DNA of 64,000 bases from Bacteroides sp. (lineage in GTDB: Bacteria; Bacteroidota; Bacteroidia; Bacteroidales; UBA7960), in assembly GCA_036351255.1 (NCBI GenBank), contig JAZBOS010000016.1, positions 23,715 through 87,714 of the forward strand. Reading direction: 5' to 3'. Both the position numbers and the translations under genes were made by a program. The number at the start of each line of letters is the position of its first letter. The stretch's first letter is position 1. Below are positions 46,718-56,089 of the stretch, one piece after another. Below the pieces are notes generated by a model. The model saw nothing but the letters and a program-made list of their open reading frames with translations. It had not been told where the DNA came from and searched no databases.

Positions 46718-48160
46718 ATGAAAAGGATCGTCTTTGCCCTGACTACCCTCCTGATATTTTCTGCACAGGCATTCTCACAGAATGAAAATGATGCCTTCAG
46801 GTATTCCTTCATGAAGCCCGGAGGAACAGCTCGCTTCACCAGTATGGGAGGCGCTTTTGGAGCCCTGGGGGGAGATTTCTCAAGCCTGAGCACCAACCCT
46901 GCCGGACTGGGAATCTTCAGGAGTTCGGAAATTACCTTTACCCCAACCCTCGATTACAGCCTCGTCGAGTCGTCATATTATGGAACCATCAGTGACGACA
47001 TGAAATACAATTTCAACCTCAATAACCTTGGCGTGGTTTTTTCGCTTCCCTTAAGTTCCCCCGTGGAACAACCGGGCTGGAAAGCCATAAACTTCGGGTT
47101 TGGCATCAACCGCCACAACAACTACAACCAACGATGGACCGCCGAGGGTTTCAATACCCAAAGCTCGCTGATGACCGACTTCATGAACCAAGCCAACCAG
47201 GAAGGCAGTCTCTCCAACCTGGATGACTTTTCTACGGGCCTTGCCTGGGACACCTGGCTGCTCTTTGAGGATAACGGACAATACGGCGTGGACATGCCCG
47301 ACGGCAATGTATTGCAGCGCCAGGAAACCAATTCTTCTGGTTCAATCAGGGAATTTATTTTCTCTATTGGCGCCAACTACAATGACTTTCTCTTCCTGGG
47401 AGCTACCGTTGGCTTACCTTCTGTCAGGTATGAGGAAAATGCCATCTTTCAGGAAACCGATACCGAAAACTTAAGCGAAGCTTTTAACTCCCTCACCTAT
47501 ACCAACAAGTTCAGCACTTCAGGAACCGGGTTCAACCTCAAGGTGGGCGCCATTCTCAGGCCTACGGATATGGTACGCCTGGGTATAGCCGTTCATACCC
47601 CCACCTTCTTCAAACTGGAAGACGAATACTATGCCAGTATGGAGTCTTCCCTTAACCTTACAGATTACACAGACTATTCGCGTTCACCCGACGCCTGGTT
47701 TGCCTACGAGCTCAATACCCCAATGAAAGCCATTGGAAGCCTTGGCCTCGTTTTCGGAACTGCCGGCCTTATCAGTATTGATTATGAATATGTAGACTAT
47801 TCGAAAATGCGCCTGCGCAGCGATGATTACCTGTTTGCCGACGAAAACCGGGTGATCCAGGAAAACTATACCACCCAACATAACATTCGCATTGGTGGAG
47901 AGGTAAGACTCGATCCCCTGGTGCTCCGTGGTGGTTATGCCTTTTATTCCAGTCCTTACCAAAGTGGTGTCAACGATGGTCAACAATCCGTGGCATCAGC
48001 AGGACTTGGTTTCCGCGACCGAAGTTTCTTCCTTGACTTTGGCTATGCTCTTACCTTCTTCTCTGAGGACTATTACCTTTACAGCGCACAGTTTGTAAAC
48101 CCTGTAGAAAACAAATACACCATGAGCAGGTTTATGCTCACCTTTGGATTCAGGTTTTAG
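46718..48160 (+). CDS. outer-membrane beta-barrel protein, FadL/OMPP1-like (tentative)
   Basis: Signal peptide. N-terminal GGTARFTSMGGAFGALGGDFSSLSTNPAGLG is typical of FadL/TodX/PorV-type barrels. Ends in ..LTFGFRF. Confidence 0.55.
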   Translation: MKRIVFALTTLLIFSAQAFSQNENDAFRYSFMKPGGTARFTSMGGAFGALGGDFSSLSTNPAGLGIFRSSEITFTPTLDYSLVESSYYGTISDDMKYNFNLNNLGVVFSLPLSSPVEQPGWKAINFGFGINRHNNYNQRWTAEGFNTQSSLMTDFMNQANQEGSLSNLDDFSTGLAWDTWLLFEDNGQYGVDMPDGNVLQRQETNSSGSIREFIFSIGANYNDFLFLGATVGLPSVRYEENAIFQETDTENLSEAFNSLTYTNKFSTSGTGFNLKVGAILRPTDMVRLGIAVHTPTFFKLEDEYYASMESSLNLTDYTDYSRSPDAWFAYELNTPMKAIGSLGLVFGTAGLISIDYEYVDYSKMRLRSDDYLFADENRVIQENYTTQHNIRIGGEVRLDPLVLRGGYAFYSSPYQSGVNDGQQSVASAGLGFRDRSFFLDFGYALTFFSEDYYLYSAQFVNPVENKYTMSRFMLTFGFRF

Positions 48161-48181
48161 AGAAAACCGGTTTTCAAATTA

Positions 48182-48224
48182 AAAACAGGCCGTCACCTAA
48201 TCAGCAGATGGCCTGTTTTTTTTC
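48182..48224 (+). terminator. intrinsic terminator after the barrel gene
   Basis: Stem aaaacaggcc/ggcctgtttt, 18-nt loop, and a T-run. Confidence 0.75.
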
Positions 48225-48365
48225 AGGGAACCCACCACCTTATGAGAGACTAATTTTGGCATCCTTGCAGGCTCTTTCAAAGCCTTCTTCCAGCCTTTGA
48301 ATGCTATTGTCCTTTTCACCGACACCTGCTGTCGAGAAGAAAGACTGCTAAACCCCTTCAGGATC

Positions 48366-48477
48366 ATCTTAAAGTCGGAGTTCAGACGTAGTTAACACGT
48401 AGTTCAGACGTAGTTTAACCGTTTTTACACGTCTGAACTACGTTTAAAATACGTCTCATCTACGTCTGATCTTAAAG
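48366..48477. repeat. nested inverted-repeat (MITE-like) element flanked by 9-bp direct repeats
   Basis: ATCTTAAAG occurs at 48366-48374 and 48469-48477. Between them: two direct copies of gttcagacgtagtt (48380, 48402), an inverted copy acgtctgaactacg (48429-48442), and the terminal ctacgtctga (48460-48469). Confidence 0.6.
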
Positions 48478-48588
48478 AGTGAAACAAGGCTGAAACAGGC
48501 CTTTTGACTAACAAATCAAGACAGGGTTCTTTAGTGCTGAGGTTGTGGGCTGAAGCTGGATGGGTTGGCACACATGCAGGAGGATAAT

Positions 48589-48626
48589 AAAAAAAGAGGC
48601 CATCTCAGCGTATTGAGATGGCCTCT
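48589..48626 (-). terminator. intrinsic terminator after the Zn-ribbon gene (minus strand)
   Basis: Stem agaggccatctca/tgagatggcctct, 6-nt loop. The A-run on the plus strand is a U-run on the minus strand. Confidence 0.75.
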
Positions 48627-48646
48627 TATAAAAAAATGCTATATGA

Positions 48647-49501
48647 TTAAAAATCCAGTTCTACCGAACTTACAATATCGCTATCCACCAGGATGCGTCC
48701 GCAATATTCACAAACAATGATCTTTTTGTGCAAACGGATATCGAGCTGGCGCTGGGGGGGAATCTTATTGAAGCATCCACCGCAGGCATCACGCTCTACG
48801 GGAACAACAGCAAGCCCGTTTCGTGCATTCTCGCGGATACGCTGATAGGCTGTCATCAGGCGACTTTCAATGGCTGTTTTTTGCTTTTCTGAACTTTCCA
48901 GCAGCAATTCTTCTTCCTTTTTGGTCTCTGCAACAATATCATCCAGTTCGTTCTTCTTGGCCTCCAGATCTTTGCGACGCTCTTCAAGTTCTTCCTCAAC
49001 CTGTTTTACGGTTTCGGACTTCAGTTCCATGGCAGCGGTATACTCGCGGATCTTCTTTTCCGAAAGCTGTACTTCCAGCGTCTGAAACTCGATTTCCTTT
49101 GAAAGAGAATCATACTCACGGTTGTTACGCACATTCATCTGCTGACCTTCGTATTTCTTGATCAACTCCTGACTTTCGCTGATGGCAGCCTTTTTGCCGG
49201 TAATTTCAGCTTCCAGCTCCCTGAGCTCTTGCCTGAACTTTTCGATACGCGTCTCAAGGCCTTCAATTTCATCCTCAAGGTCTTCAACCTCAAGGGGTAA
49301 TTCGCCCCGAATAGCGCGAATCTTGTCAATCTGTGTGTCAATGGCTTGAAGGGTAAACAAGGCGGTGAGCTTCTTCGTAACCGTCAGTTCAACGCTTTCT
49401 TCATTGCCCGACTCGGGAATAATAACGTCCGATCTTTCGGTACCGGTACTTGGGTTTATTTGCCTGGGAACTTCCTCTTCGGATTTTGAACTTTTAGCCA
49501 T
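48647..49501 (-). CDS. coiled-coil protein with C4 zinc ribbon (COG1579/DUF164-like)
   Basis: Long heptad region, then CGGC..(22)..CEYCGRIL. Typically the partner of Nif3, which sits upstream here. Confidence 0.8.
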   Translation of the reverse strand: MAKSSKSEEEVPRQINPSTGTERSDVIIPESGNEESVELTVTKKLTALFTLQAIDTQIDKIRAIRGELPLEVEDLEDEIEGLETRIEKFRQELRELEAEITGKKAAISESQELIKKYEGQQMNVRNNREYDSLSKEIEFQTLEVQLSEKKIREYTAAMELKSETVKQVEEELEERRKDLEAKKNELDDIVAETKKEEELLLESSEKQKTAIESRLMTAYQRIRENARNGLAVVPVERDACGGCFNKIPPQRQLDIRLHKKIIVCEYCGRILVDSDIVSSVELDF

Positions 49502-49536
49502 GGATTAATGGGGTCTGTTTTGGTGAAAACGATTTT

Positions 49537-50631
49537 TTAAAAATATTGAACGGGGTTGGTATTTACCCCGGAAATAAGGAGTGCAAATTTACTAAAATTT
49601 TTATTAACAATGTCATACAATAAATCTTTGGTGAATTGCTCGGTTTCATAATGGCCGGCATCGACCAGCAACAAGCGGTCGCTGGCTTCAAAAAAATCGT
49701 GATATTTCATATCGCCGGTAACAAAAGCATCGGCACCCGCTTGCCGGGCTCGCTCCATCAGGAAACTGCCGGCTCCCCCGCAAAAAGCAACCTTTTTGAT
49801 GGCTTTCCCGTTAAAGGCAGTATGCCGCAGGCAGGGAACCTTCAATTCCCGCTTGAGCTTTTCCAGAAAGTCATTTTCCGAAAGGGGGATTTCCAACTCG
49901 CCAATCATACCCGAACCCGTGCGTTCAAAAACATTCTCCAGGGGATATATGTCATAAGCCACTTCTTCATAGGGGTGGCTCGCTAACAGGGCTGCAACCA
50001 CACTGCTTTCAAGGTAAGCAGGTAGTATGGTTTCTATCCTGACTTCCGGCTCCACATGCAGCTCATCCTGTTTCCCGACAAAAGGCTTGGCATCCTTTCC
50101 TGCCCGAAAGGTACCATGGCCATCCACGGCATAGCTGCAGCAATCATAATCGCCAATATGGCCGGCCCCTGCCTTAAAAATGGCGCTCCTTACTTTCTCA
50201 GCGTGCGAATGAGGACAAAAAGTAACCAGCTTCCTCAACAGTCCCTTTTGGGGTTGCAATATTTTGAGGTTTTGCAGCCCAAGCTTTTTTCCCAGCATGA
50301 AATTCACACCCCGGTCAATGTTATCGAGGTTGGTATGCATGGAAACGATGGCAATATCATGCTTGATGGCTTCTATGATAACCCGCTCTGTGAAATGCCC
50401 CCCGGTAATCTTTTTCAGTCCCTTGAATAACAAAGGATGATGTGACAGGACCAGATCGCAGCCCTCTGCCACCGCTTCCTCAACCACCGCTGGCGTCACA
50501 TCCAGGCATATCAGACCCTTATGGACCTCCTGTTCTGGCGAACCCAATTGTAATCCACTGTTATCGTAAGATTCCTGGAGAGAACCCGGTGCAAAACGCT
50601 CAAAAACATTCAATAATTCCCTTAGTTTCAT
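49537..50631 (-). CDS. Nif3-like dinuclear metal centre protein (long form with inserted domain)
   Basis: YDNSGLQ, SHHPLLF, HTNLD and GHYETE are NIF3 signatures. Confidence 0.9.
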   Translation of the reverse strand: MKLRELLNVFERFAPGSLQESYDNSGLQLGSPEQEVHKGLICLDVTPAVVEEAVAEGCDLVLSHHPLLFKGLKKITGGHFTERVIIEAIKHDIAIVSMHTNLDNIDRGVNFMLGKKLGLQNLKILQPQKGLLRKLVTFCPHSHAEKVRSAIFKAGAGHIGDYDCCSYAVDGHGTFRAGKDAKPFVGKQDELHVEPEVRIETILPAYLESSVVAALLASHPYEEVAYDIYPLENVFERTGSGMIGELEIPLSENDFLEKLKRELKVPCLRHTAFNGKAIKKVAFCGGAGSFLMERARQAGADAFVTGDMKYHDFFEASDRLLLVDAGHYETEQFTKDLLYDIVNKNFSKFALLISGVNTNPVQYF

Positions 50632-50825
50632 AACCAGTCTTTTATTTTTATTTCAAAGGTAAAAATAGTATCCGGAATTCAGGCGTACCAGGAAAGGACA
50701 AAAACCGGGAACATAAAATCTTCGATCTTTCGGTAAATGTTTACTTCAAACCACCCTGCCTGGATAAGGAAAAAGAGTTGTAACCTTATTGAATCATCTG
50801 CGTATATTATTAAAAACAAGGTGGT

Positions 50826-50833
50826 TATGTTTG
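50826..50833 (+). promoter_or_regulatory. -7 promoter box (TAtgTTTG) for lpxK
   Basis: TAnnTTTG match 32 nt upstream of ATG 50865. Confidence 0.45.
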
Positions 50834-50864
50834 CAGCCCCGCCAACAAATCGATACCTTTGAGC

Positions 50865-51956
50865 ATGTCACCATTCCGGCTGTTATTGCTTCCTTTCTGC
50901 CTGGCTTACGGATTCATTGCATGGATCCGCAATAAACTTTTTGATTTGGGAGTGATCCGCTCTGTGAGTTATGATGTTCCATTGATCAGCTTTGGCAACA
51001 TCAGCACCGGCGGAACAGGAAAAACGCCCCATGTGGAATACCTGGTAGAATTCCTTAGGCACGATTTCCGCGTCGCCGTGCTGAGCCGGGGGTACAAAAG
51101 AAAAACCAGGGGATTTTTGATCGCCCAGCCTGATCATAAAGCTTCCCAGGTAGGAGATGAGCCCCTGCAGATCTGCCGGAAGTTTCCCGACATCGTGGTG
51201 GCTGTCCACGAGCGGCGCCGAAAAGGCATCAAAAAGATCCTGGAGCAGTACCCCGACGTTAACCTTATCATCCTCGACGACGGCTTCCAGCACCGTTTTG
51301 TGAAACCTGGCCTGAACCTGGTGCTGACCGAGTATTACAAACCCTTCTTCCACAACTTCCTGTTGCCCTGCGGCAATTTGCGTGAGCCCAAAAAAGGCAT
51401 CAAAAGAGCCCACGCCCTGATCGTTTCGAAAACACCAATCGTCTTTTCTCCTCTCGACCGAAACTACTTCCTGAGAAAACTGGAAAAATATAAACTCGAA
51501 AACGTTTTCTTCTCTACCATCCATTACGAGTCCTGGCAGCCTTTAGTGCCTGAAACCCCGAATCCCTGCAAATCCTACAAAACCATCTTCCTGTATTCGG
51601 GCATTGCCAATACCTCAGCGCTGGAAGAACACCTGAAGCGGGATTGCCAGGAACTCATCGTAAAACGCTTTCCCGACCATTACCAGTTCTCCCCCCGCGA
51701 CCTGCAAAATCTCCGAAAAACATTCAAGGATACCTTCAGCAAGTCAAAGGCCATTGTGGTCACCGAAAAGGATGCCATGCGGCTTCAAGAAGCCGGGCTT
51801 ATGAAAGAACTCCAGGGATTGCCGGTATATTTCATTCCCATCAGGGTGCGCTTCCAGAACCACGACCACGAAGACTTTCAAAAACTGGTCAAGGCTTATC
51901 TTTCAGCTCAAAAGATATTCTCCCCAAGCACCAAAAAAGGAAATGATCCCACCTGA
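50865..51956 (+). CDS. lpxK: tetraacyldisaccharide 4'-kinase
   Basis: P-loop GNISTGGTGKTP, SRGYKR and ILDDGFQH. ATG 50865 is preferred over TTG 50859. Confidence 0.9.
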   Translation: MSPFRLLLLPFCLAYGFIAWIRNKLFDLGVIRSVSYDVPLISFGNISTGGTGKTPHVEYLVEFLRHDFRVAVLSRGYKRKTRGFLIAQPDHKASQVGDEPLQICRKFPDIVVAVHERRRKGIKKILEQYPDVNLIILDDGFQHRFVKPGLNLVLTEYYKPFFHNFLLPCGNLREPKKGIKRAHALIVSKTPIVFSPLDRNYFLRKLEKYKLENVFFSTIHYESWQPLVPETPNPCKSYKTIFLYSGIANTSALEEHLKRDCQELIVKRFPDHYQFSPRDLQNLRKTFKDTFSKSKAIVVTEKDAMRLQEAGLMKELQGLPVYFIPIRVRFQNHDHEDFQKLVKAYLSAQKIFSPSTKKGNDPT

Positions 51957-51994
51957 GGGCAGGATCACCTCAGGATCCCTGAAAAACACATTGA

Positions 51995-52414
51995 TTAAAA
52001 CGGCAGATCGTCATCAACAGTGGGGACTTCACCCGTGGAAGTCGGCTCATTATCATGTCTGGGACCATTATCTGAACCATCTGGACGCGATCCAAGCATG
52101 TTCATCGTTTCCCCAACGATCTCTGTAATGTAACGTTTATTGCCTTCCTTATCATCATATTGCCTTGTTCGAATCCGGCCTTCAATATATACCTTGCTTC
52201 CCTTATTAAGATATTTTTCTGCAATTTCTGCCAGCCGACCCCACAGTACAATATTATGCCATTCGGTTTCTTCAACAGGATTTCCATCCTGACCTTTAAA
52301 AAAACGATTGGTAGCCAAAGAAAAATTAGCTACTTTGTTTCCACCTTCAATGGAGCGAACTACAGGGTCTTTCCCCAGATTTCCCAATAAAATCACCTTA
52401 TTTACTCCTGCCAT
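51995..52414 (-). CDS. ssb: single-stranded DNA-binding protein
   Basis: [15 protein letters not shown] fold, and the acidic tip DDDLPF. Confidence 0.95.
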   Translation of the reverse strand: MAGVNKVILLGNLGKDPVVRSIEGGNKVANFSLATNRFFKGQDGNPVEETEWHNIVLWGRLAEIAEKYLNKGSKVYIEGRIRTRQYDDKEGNKRYITEIVGETMNMLGSRPDGSDNGPRHDNEPTSTGEVPTVDDDLPF

Positions 52415-52566
52415 TGCAATGTTTTTTAAGTTTATGATTCAATTTGATTAGAATTTAAACAGTTAGTGCCCGTCAAATTAAAAAGTTTTTTGATACAATC
52501 CAAATCTTCTCCACGAATAATATAAAAAAAAAGATTAGATATATGCTTTTTAATTTATATATATAT

Positions 52567-53643
52567 TCATTTCTTCATGTTTCTTTGAAGGAATAACAAG
52601 GTAAGCCGCGATTTTGGCAGCCGTTCAAAGGCCTTTTCGTCCACCAGAAAAAATTCTTCCGCTAAGGTAAGGGCTTTTTCGGGGGGGAGCCGGACGGCAT
52701 AAAATTTCGCATGGATCACCTGGTGGGTCAGCACATGGCGAAAGGACAAGGGCTGGCCGGTCCAGGTCAACTCTTTTTTATCCGGAAACCAGTTTTTCCA
52801 TTGGGGCATTTCAAATACCTTTTCAGGGCCTGCCTCTTCCGCGGTCTCTATCAGGGGCAATTCATACAGGTTCTTCCAGATATCCTTTCCGTCTCTTTGC
52901 CTGACCAAAAACTGCTGCTGACCTTCCTGGTCTTCGAAAAAGAAAAAGAAATAATTGAAATACCTGTTGCGAATGGCTTTGGGGGCTTTCTTCACCGGAT
53001 ACTGATCAACGGCATCCTGCTGCAATGCCAGGCACTCCCGGTTGAAGATGCAATCCGGGCATAGCGGGGCGGCGGGTTTGCAAACCATGGCCCCGAAATC
53101 CATCATAGCCTGGTTAAAGGCACCCGGATCCTCCCGGTCGATCAAGCCGGAAGCGACCTCCCTAAAGACCTTTTTCCCGGCACCCTTCTCGGTCGATTCG
53201 GCAATGCCAAACACCCTGGCCAGCACCCGGTAGACATTGCCATCGAGGGCCGGAACCGCTTCCCCAAAGGCTATGGAGGCTATGGCTGCAGCCGTGTAGG
53301 GCCCAACGCCCGGTACCTTCAGCCATTCGGCATAACTGCCGGGCAGCTGCCCTCCACCTTTCTCCACTATTTCACGCGCCGCCCGGTGCAAATTCCGCGC
53401 CCGCGAATAATAGCCCAGGCCCTGCCACAGGCGAAGCACCTCATCCTCCGGAGCTGCCGCCAGTCTCGAAACATCCGGAAAAGCCTCCAGGAAACGAAAA
53501 TAATAGTCTATTCCCTGATCTATACGCGTTTGCTGTAAAATGATCTCCGTCACCCAAACCACATAGGGGTCGTGCGTCTCTCGCCAGGGCAAACTTCGCC
53601 CCTTTTCAGCATACCATTCAAGCAGGCGGGTGGAGAAAGACAT
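52567..53643 (-). CDS. mutY: A/G-specific adenine DNA glycosylase
   Basis: HhH-GPD motifs, a 4Fe-4S cluster loop (C.....PLCPDCIF...C), and a C-terminal MutT-like domain. Confidence 0.9.
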   Translation of the reverse strand: MSFSTRLLEWYAEKGRSLPWRETHDPYVVWVTEIILQQTRIDQGIDYYFRFLEAFPDVSRLAAAPEDEVLRLWQGLGYYSRARNLHRAAREIVEKGGGQLPGSYAEWLKVPGVGPYTAAAIASIAFGEAVPALDGNVYRVLARVFGIAESTEKGAGKKVFREVASGLIDREDPGAFNQAMMDFGAMVCKPAAPLCPDCIFNRECLALQQDAVDQYPVKKAPKAIRNRYFNYFFFFFEDQEGQQQFLVRQRDGKDIWKNLYELPLIETAEEAGPEKVFEMPQWKNWFPDKKELTWTGQPLSFRHVLTHQVIHAKFYAVRLPPEKALTLAEEFFLVDEKAFERLPKSRLTLLFLQRNMKK

Positions 53644-53737
53644 AAAAAAAGCTCCTTTTTGTTTGTTATTTGTTAAAAATCACCATTTTGATGAAGGTAA
53701 AAATAAATAAATTGTTTTCTGATAATGAGAAAAAACT

Positions 53738-53745
53738 TATCTTTG
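53738..53745 (+). promoter_or_regulatory. -7 promoter box (TAtcTTTG) for the HU gene
   Basis: TAnnTTTG match 56 nt upstream of ATG 53801. Confidence 0.45.
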
Positions 53746-53800
53746 CAACCCGATTAATTCAAAAACTTCGTAAAATTCTAATAACCAAAAAGTAATAACA

Positions 53801-54094
53801 ATGACAAAAGCTGAAATTGTTACCGAGATTGCAAATAAAACCGGTATTGAAAAAGTTGCGGTTCAAGCAACCGTCGAGGCTTTCATGGCCACAGTGAAAA
53901 ATTCACTCGTAAAAGGAGAAAATGTTTATTTAAGAGGCTTTGGTAGCTTTATCATCAAAGAAAGAGCAGAAAAAACCGGTCGTAACATTTCCAAGAATAC
54001 CACCATTATTATTCCTGCCCATAACATCCCGGCTTTCAAGCCTGCGAAGGAATTCGTCAGCGAAGTTAAAGAATCGGTAGTGGCTGTAAAATAA
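53801..54094 (+). CDS. hup: HU-family DNA-binding protein
   Basis: MTKAEIV..IA, GFGSF..K.RA.R.GRN, and the P..N.P.FK arm motif. Confidence 0.9.
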   Translation: MTKAEIVTEIANKTGIEKVAVQATVEAFMATVKNSLVKGENVYLRGFGSFIIKERAEKTGRNISKNTTIIIPAHNIPAFKPAKEFVSEVKESVVAVK

Positions 54095-54158
54095 CCAAAA
54101 AACACCCTTTCCCTCCGGAAATTCCGGACGGGCAAATTTTTAAACAAGGAGATTTGAT

Positions 54159-54248
54159 ATGCCTAGCGGAAAAAAGAGAAAAAGACATAAGATGTCAACC
54201 CACAAGCGTAAGAAGCGCCTGAGAAAAAACAGGCACAAGAAGAAATAA
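54159..54248 (+). CDS. 29-aa highly basic micro-protein (bS22/AURKAIP1-like small ribosomal protein candidate)
   Basis: Encodes MPSGKKRKRHKMSTHKRKKRLRKNRHKKK. AAGGAG at 54146-54151 lies 7 nt before the ATG. A 14-bp-stem terminator follows. It is below the ORF-track length cutoff. Confidence 0.6.
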   Translation: MPSGKKRKRHKMSTHKRKKRLRKNRHKKK

Positions 54249-54293
54249 TACGCTTGCATTTGTTGGTTGCATTTCTTTTTACCTGTTTAATGA

Positions 54294-54329
54294 AATTACA
54301 TAATACCTCCCAGCGGGTATTATGTAATT
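54294..54329 (+). terminator. terminator hairpin after the micro-ORF
   Basis: Perfect 14-bp stem aattacataatacc/ggtattatgtaatt, 8-nt loop, followed by ttatttaaaa. Confidence 0.6.
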
Positions 54330-54421
54330 TTATTTAAAAGCACCAGTTTTAGCGTGCTTGTCTCCCTTCCTCCATTCCCCCATCAAGGGCGAATGATTTA
54401 ACCAAATAAAGTATCCCTAAA

Positions 54422-55972
54422 GTGAACAGAGATTTAATTATTGATTCCAACGCATCGGATGTTGTTATGGCCCTTCAGGAGGAGAAACTCCTGGTGGAAT
54501 TACACAAAGAGAGCAAGAATAACAACTTTTCGGTGGGCGACATTTACCTGGGCAAGGTCAAGAAGATCATTTCCGGGCTCAATGCCGCCTTTGTAGATGT
54601 GGGATACGAAAAGGATGCGTTTTTACATTACCTCGACCTGGGCAGCCAGGTCAACTCTTTGAACAAATACACCAAACTGGCCATGGCCGGGAAAACCCGG
54701 GTGCTTCCCATGGAAAACTTCATTCTCGAGAAAGAGATCGAGAAAACCGGGAAGATCACCAGTGTTTTGACCAGCAACCAGCCGGTGCTTGTTCAGATTG
54801 CCAAAGAACCCATTTCAACCAAAGGGCCTCGCATCACCAGCGAAATTTCGCTGGCTGGCCGCTACCTCGTGCTGGTACCCTTCTCCGACCGCATTTCCGT
54901 GTCGCAGAAGATCCAGAGCAATGAAGAGAAGAGCCGCCTGAAGAGGCTGGTGCTGAGCATCAAACCAAAGAATTTCGGAGTCATTATCCGTACCAATGCC
55001 GAAGGCAAGATGGTGGCCGACCTCGATGCCGACCTCAACAACCTGGTGTCCAGGTGGTACAGCATCGCTGAAAAACTCGCCGCCGCAAAACCCCCGCGCA
55101 TTATCCTGGGCGAACTCAACCGTTCCTCTGCCATGCTGCGCGACCTCCTCAACGAATCGTTCAACAACATCCACGTGAACGACCCTACGATGTTCGAAGA
55201 ACTCAGGGACTATATCAAAACCATTGCCCCCGGAAAACTTGACATCCTCAAGTTGTATAAGGGCAAGCTCCCCATTTTCGAACATTTCGGCGTTGAAAAA
55301 CAGATTAAAAGTTCCTTTGGAAAGATCGTTTCCATCAAAAGCGGCTCCTATCTGATCATTGAGCACACCGAAGCCCTGCACGTCATCGATGTCAACAGCG
55401 GCCACCGCATGAACAGCGAAAACAGCCAGGAAGAAAATGCCCTGGATGTAAACCTGGAAGCCGCCGCAGAAATCGCCCGCCAGCTCAGGCTGCGCGATAT
55501 GGGCGGGATCATCGTGGTCGACTTCATCGACATGATGCAATCGGCCAACCGCCGCAAGCTCTACGAAAAGATGAAGGAAGAGATGAGCAAGGACCGCGCC
55601 AAGCACAACATCCTTCCGCCAAGCAAATTCGGCCTGGTGCAGATCACCCGCCAAAGAGTACGCTCGGAAACCAATGTGGAGATCCTCGAAAAATGCCCTA
55701 CCTGTGAAGGAACAGGCAAAATTAAGCCCAGTATCATCCTGGTCGACGAAATTGAAAACAACCTCCGCTACCTGGTCCAGGAGCAAAATGAAAAGTACCT
55801 CAGTCTGCGTATGCACCCTTACATCGCTGCTTATCTTACAAAAGGTCTCTTTTCCATCCAAATGAAATGGTTCTTTAAGTACAGGAAATGGATTAAAATC
55901 ATCCCATCCTATTCGTATCAATTCCTCGAATACCGGTTTTTCAATAAACTGGACGACGAGATCAAGCTTTAA
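54422..55972 (+). CDS. rng: ribonuclease E/G family (RNase G-like)
   Basis: S1 domain (GDIYLGKVKKI...AAFVDVG), the catalytic region (EALHVIDVNSG, IIVVDFIDM), and a Zn-link CPTCEGTG. GTG start in the track; ATG 54467 is the alternative. Confidence 0.9.
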   Translation: MNRDLIIDSNASDVVMALQEEKLLVELHKESKNNNFSVGDIYLGKVKKIISGLNAAFVDVGYEKDAFLHYLDLGSQVNSLNKYTKLAMAGKTRVLPMENFILEKEIEKTGKITSVLTSNQPVLVQIAKEPISTKGPRITSEISLAGRYLVLVPFSDRISVSQKIQSNEEKSRLKRLVLSIKPKNFGVIIRTNAEGKMVADLDADLNNLVSRWYSIAEKLAAAKPPRIILGELNRSSAMLRDLLNESFNNIHVNDPTMFEELRDYIKTIAPGKLDILKLYKGKLPIFEHFGVEKQIKSSFGKIVSIKSGSYLIIEHTEALHVIDVNSGHRMNSENSQEENALDVNLEAAAEIARQLRLRDMGGIIVVDFIDMMQSANRRKLYEKMKEEMSKDRAKHNILPPSKFGLVQITRQRVRSETNVEILEKCPTCEGTGKIKPSIILVDEIENNLRYLVQEQNEKYLSLRMHPYIAAYLTKGLFSIQMKWFFKYRKWIKIIPSYSYQFLEYRFFNKLDDEIKL

Positions 55973-56089
55973 AGCTTGATCAGCAAGGCAGTGTGCACGA
56001 ACAGTCATTGAAATGACAGCCTTCGTGCACACTGTTTTTATTTTCGGGGGTATTGATGTACCTTTGCCTTCACCTTTCAGCCCAAAGGC

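Noticed and set aside
48225-48365. Possible gene remnant (minus-strand translation includes ..KDNSIQRLEEGFERACKDAKISL.., vaguely like the region preceding the catalytic motifs of tyrosine recombinases) beside the MITE-like element
   Set aside because: It is interrupted by stops in every frame, the similarity is only impressionistic, and no catalytic motif (R..H..R..Y) is visible. It cannot be supported without a database search.
48380-48469. Repeated 10-14-nt motif considered as a mini CRISPR array
   Set aside because: The copies are in both orientations, spacing is irregular and far too short for spacers, and no cas genes are in the window.
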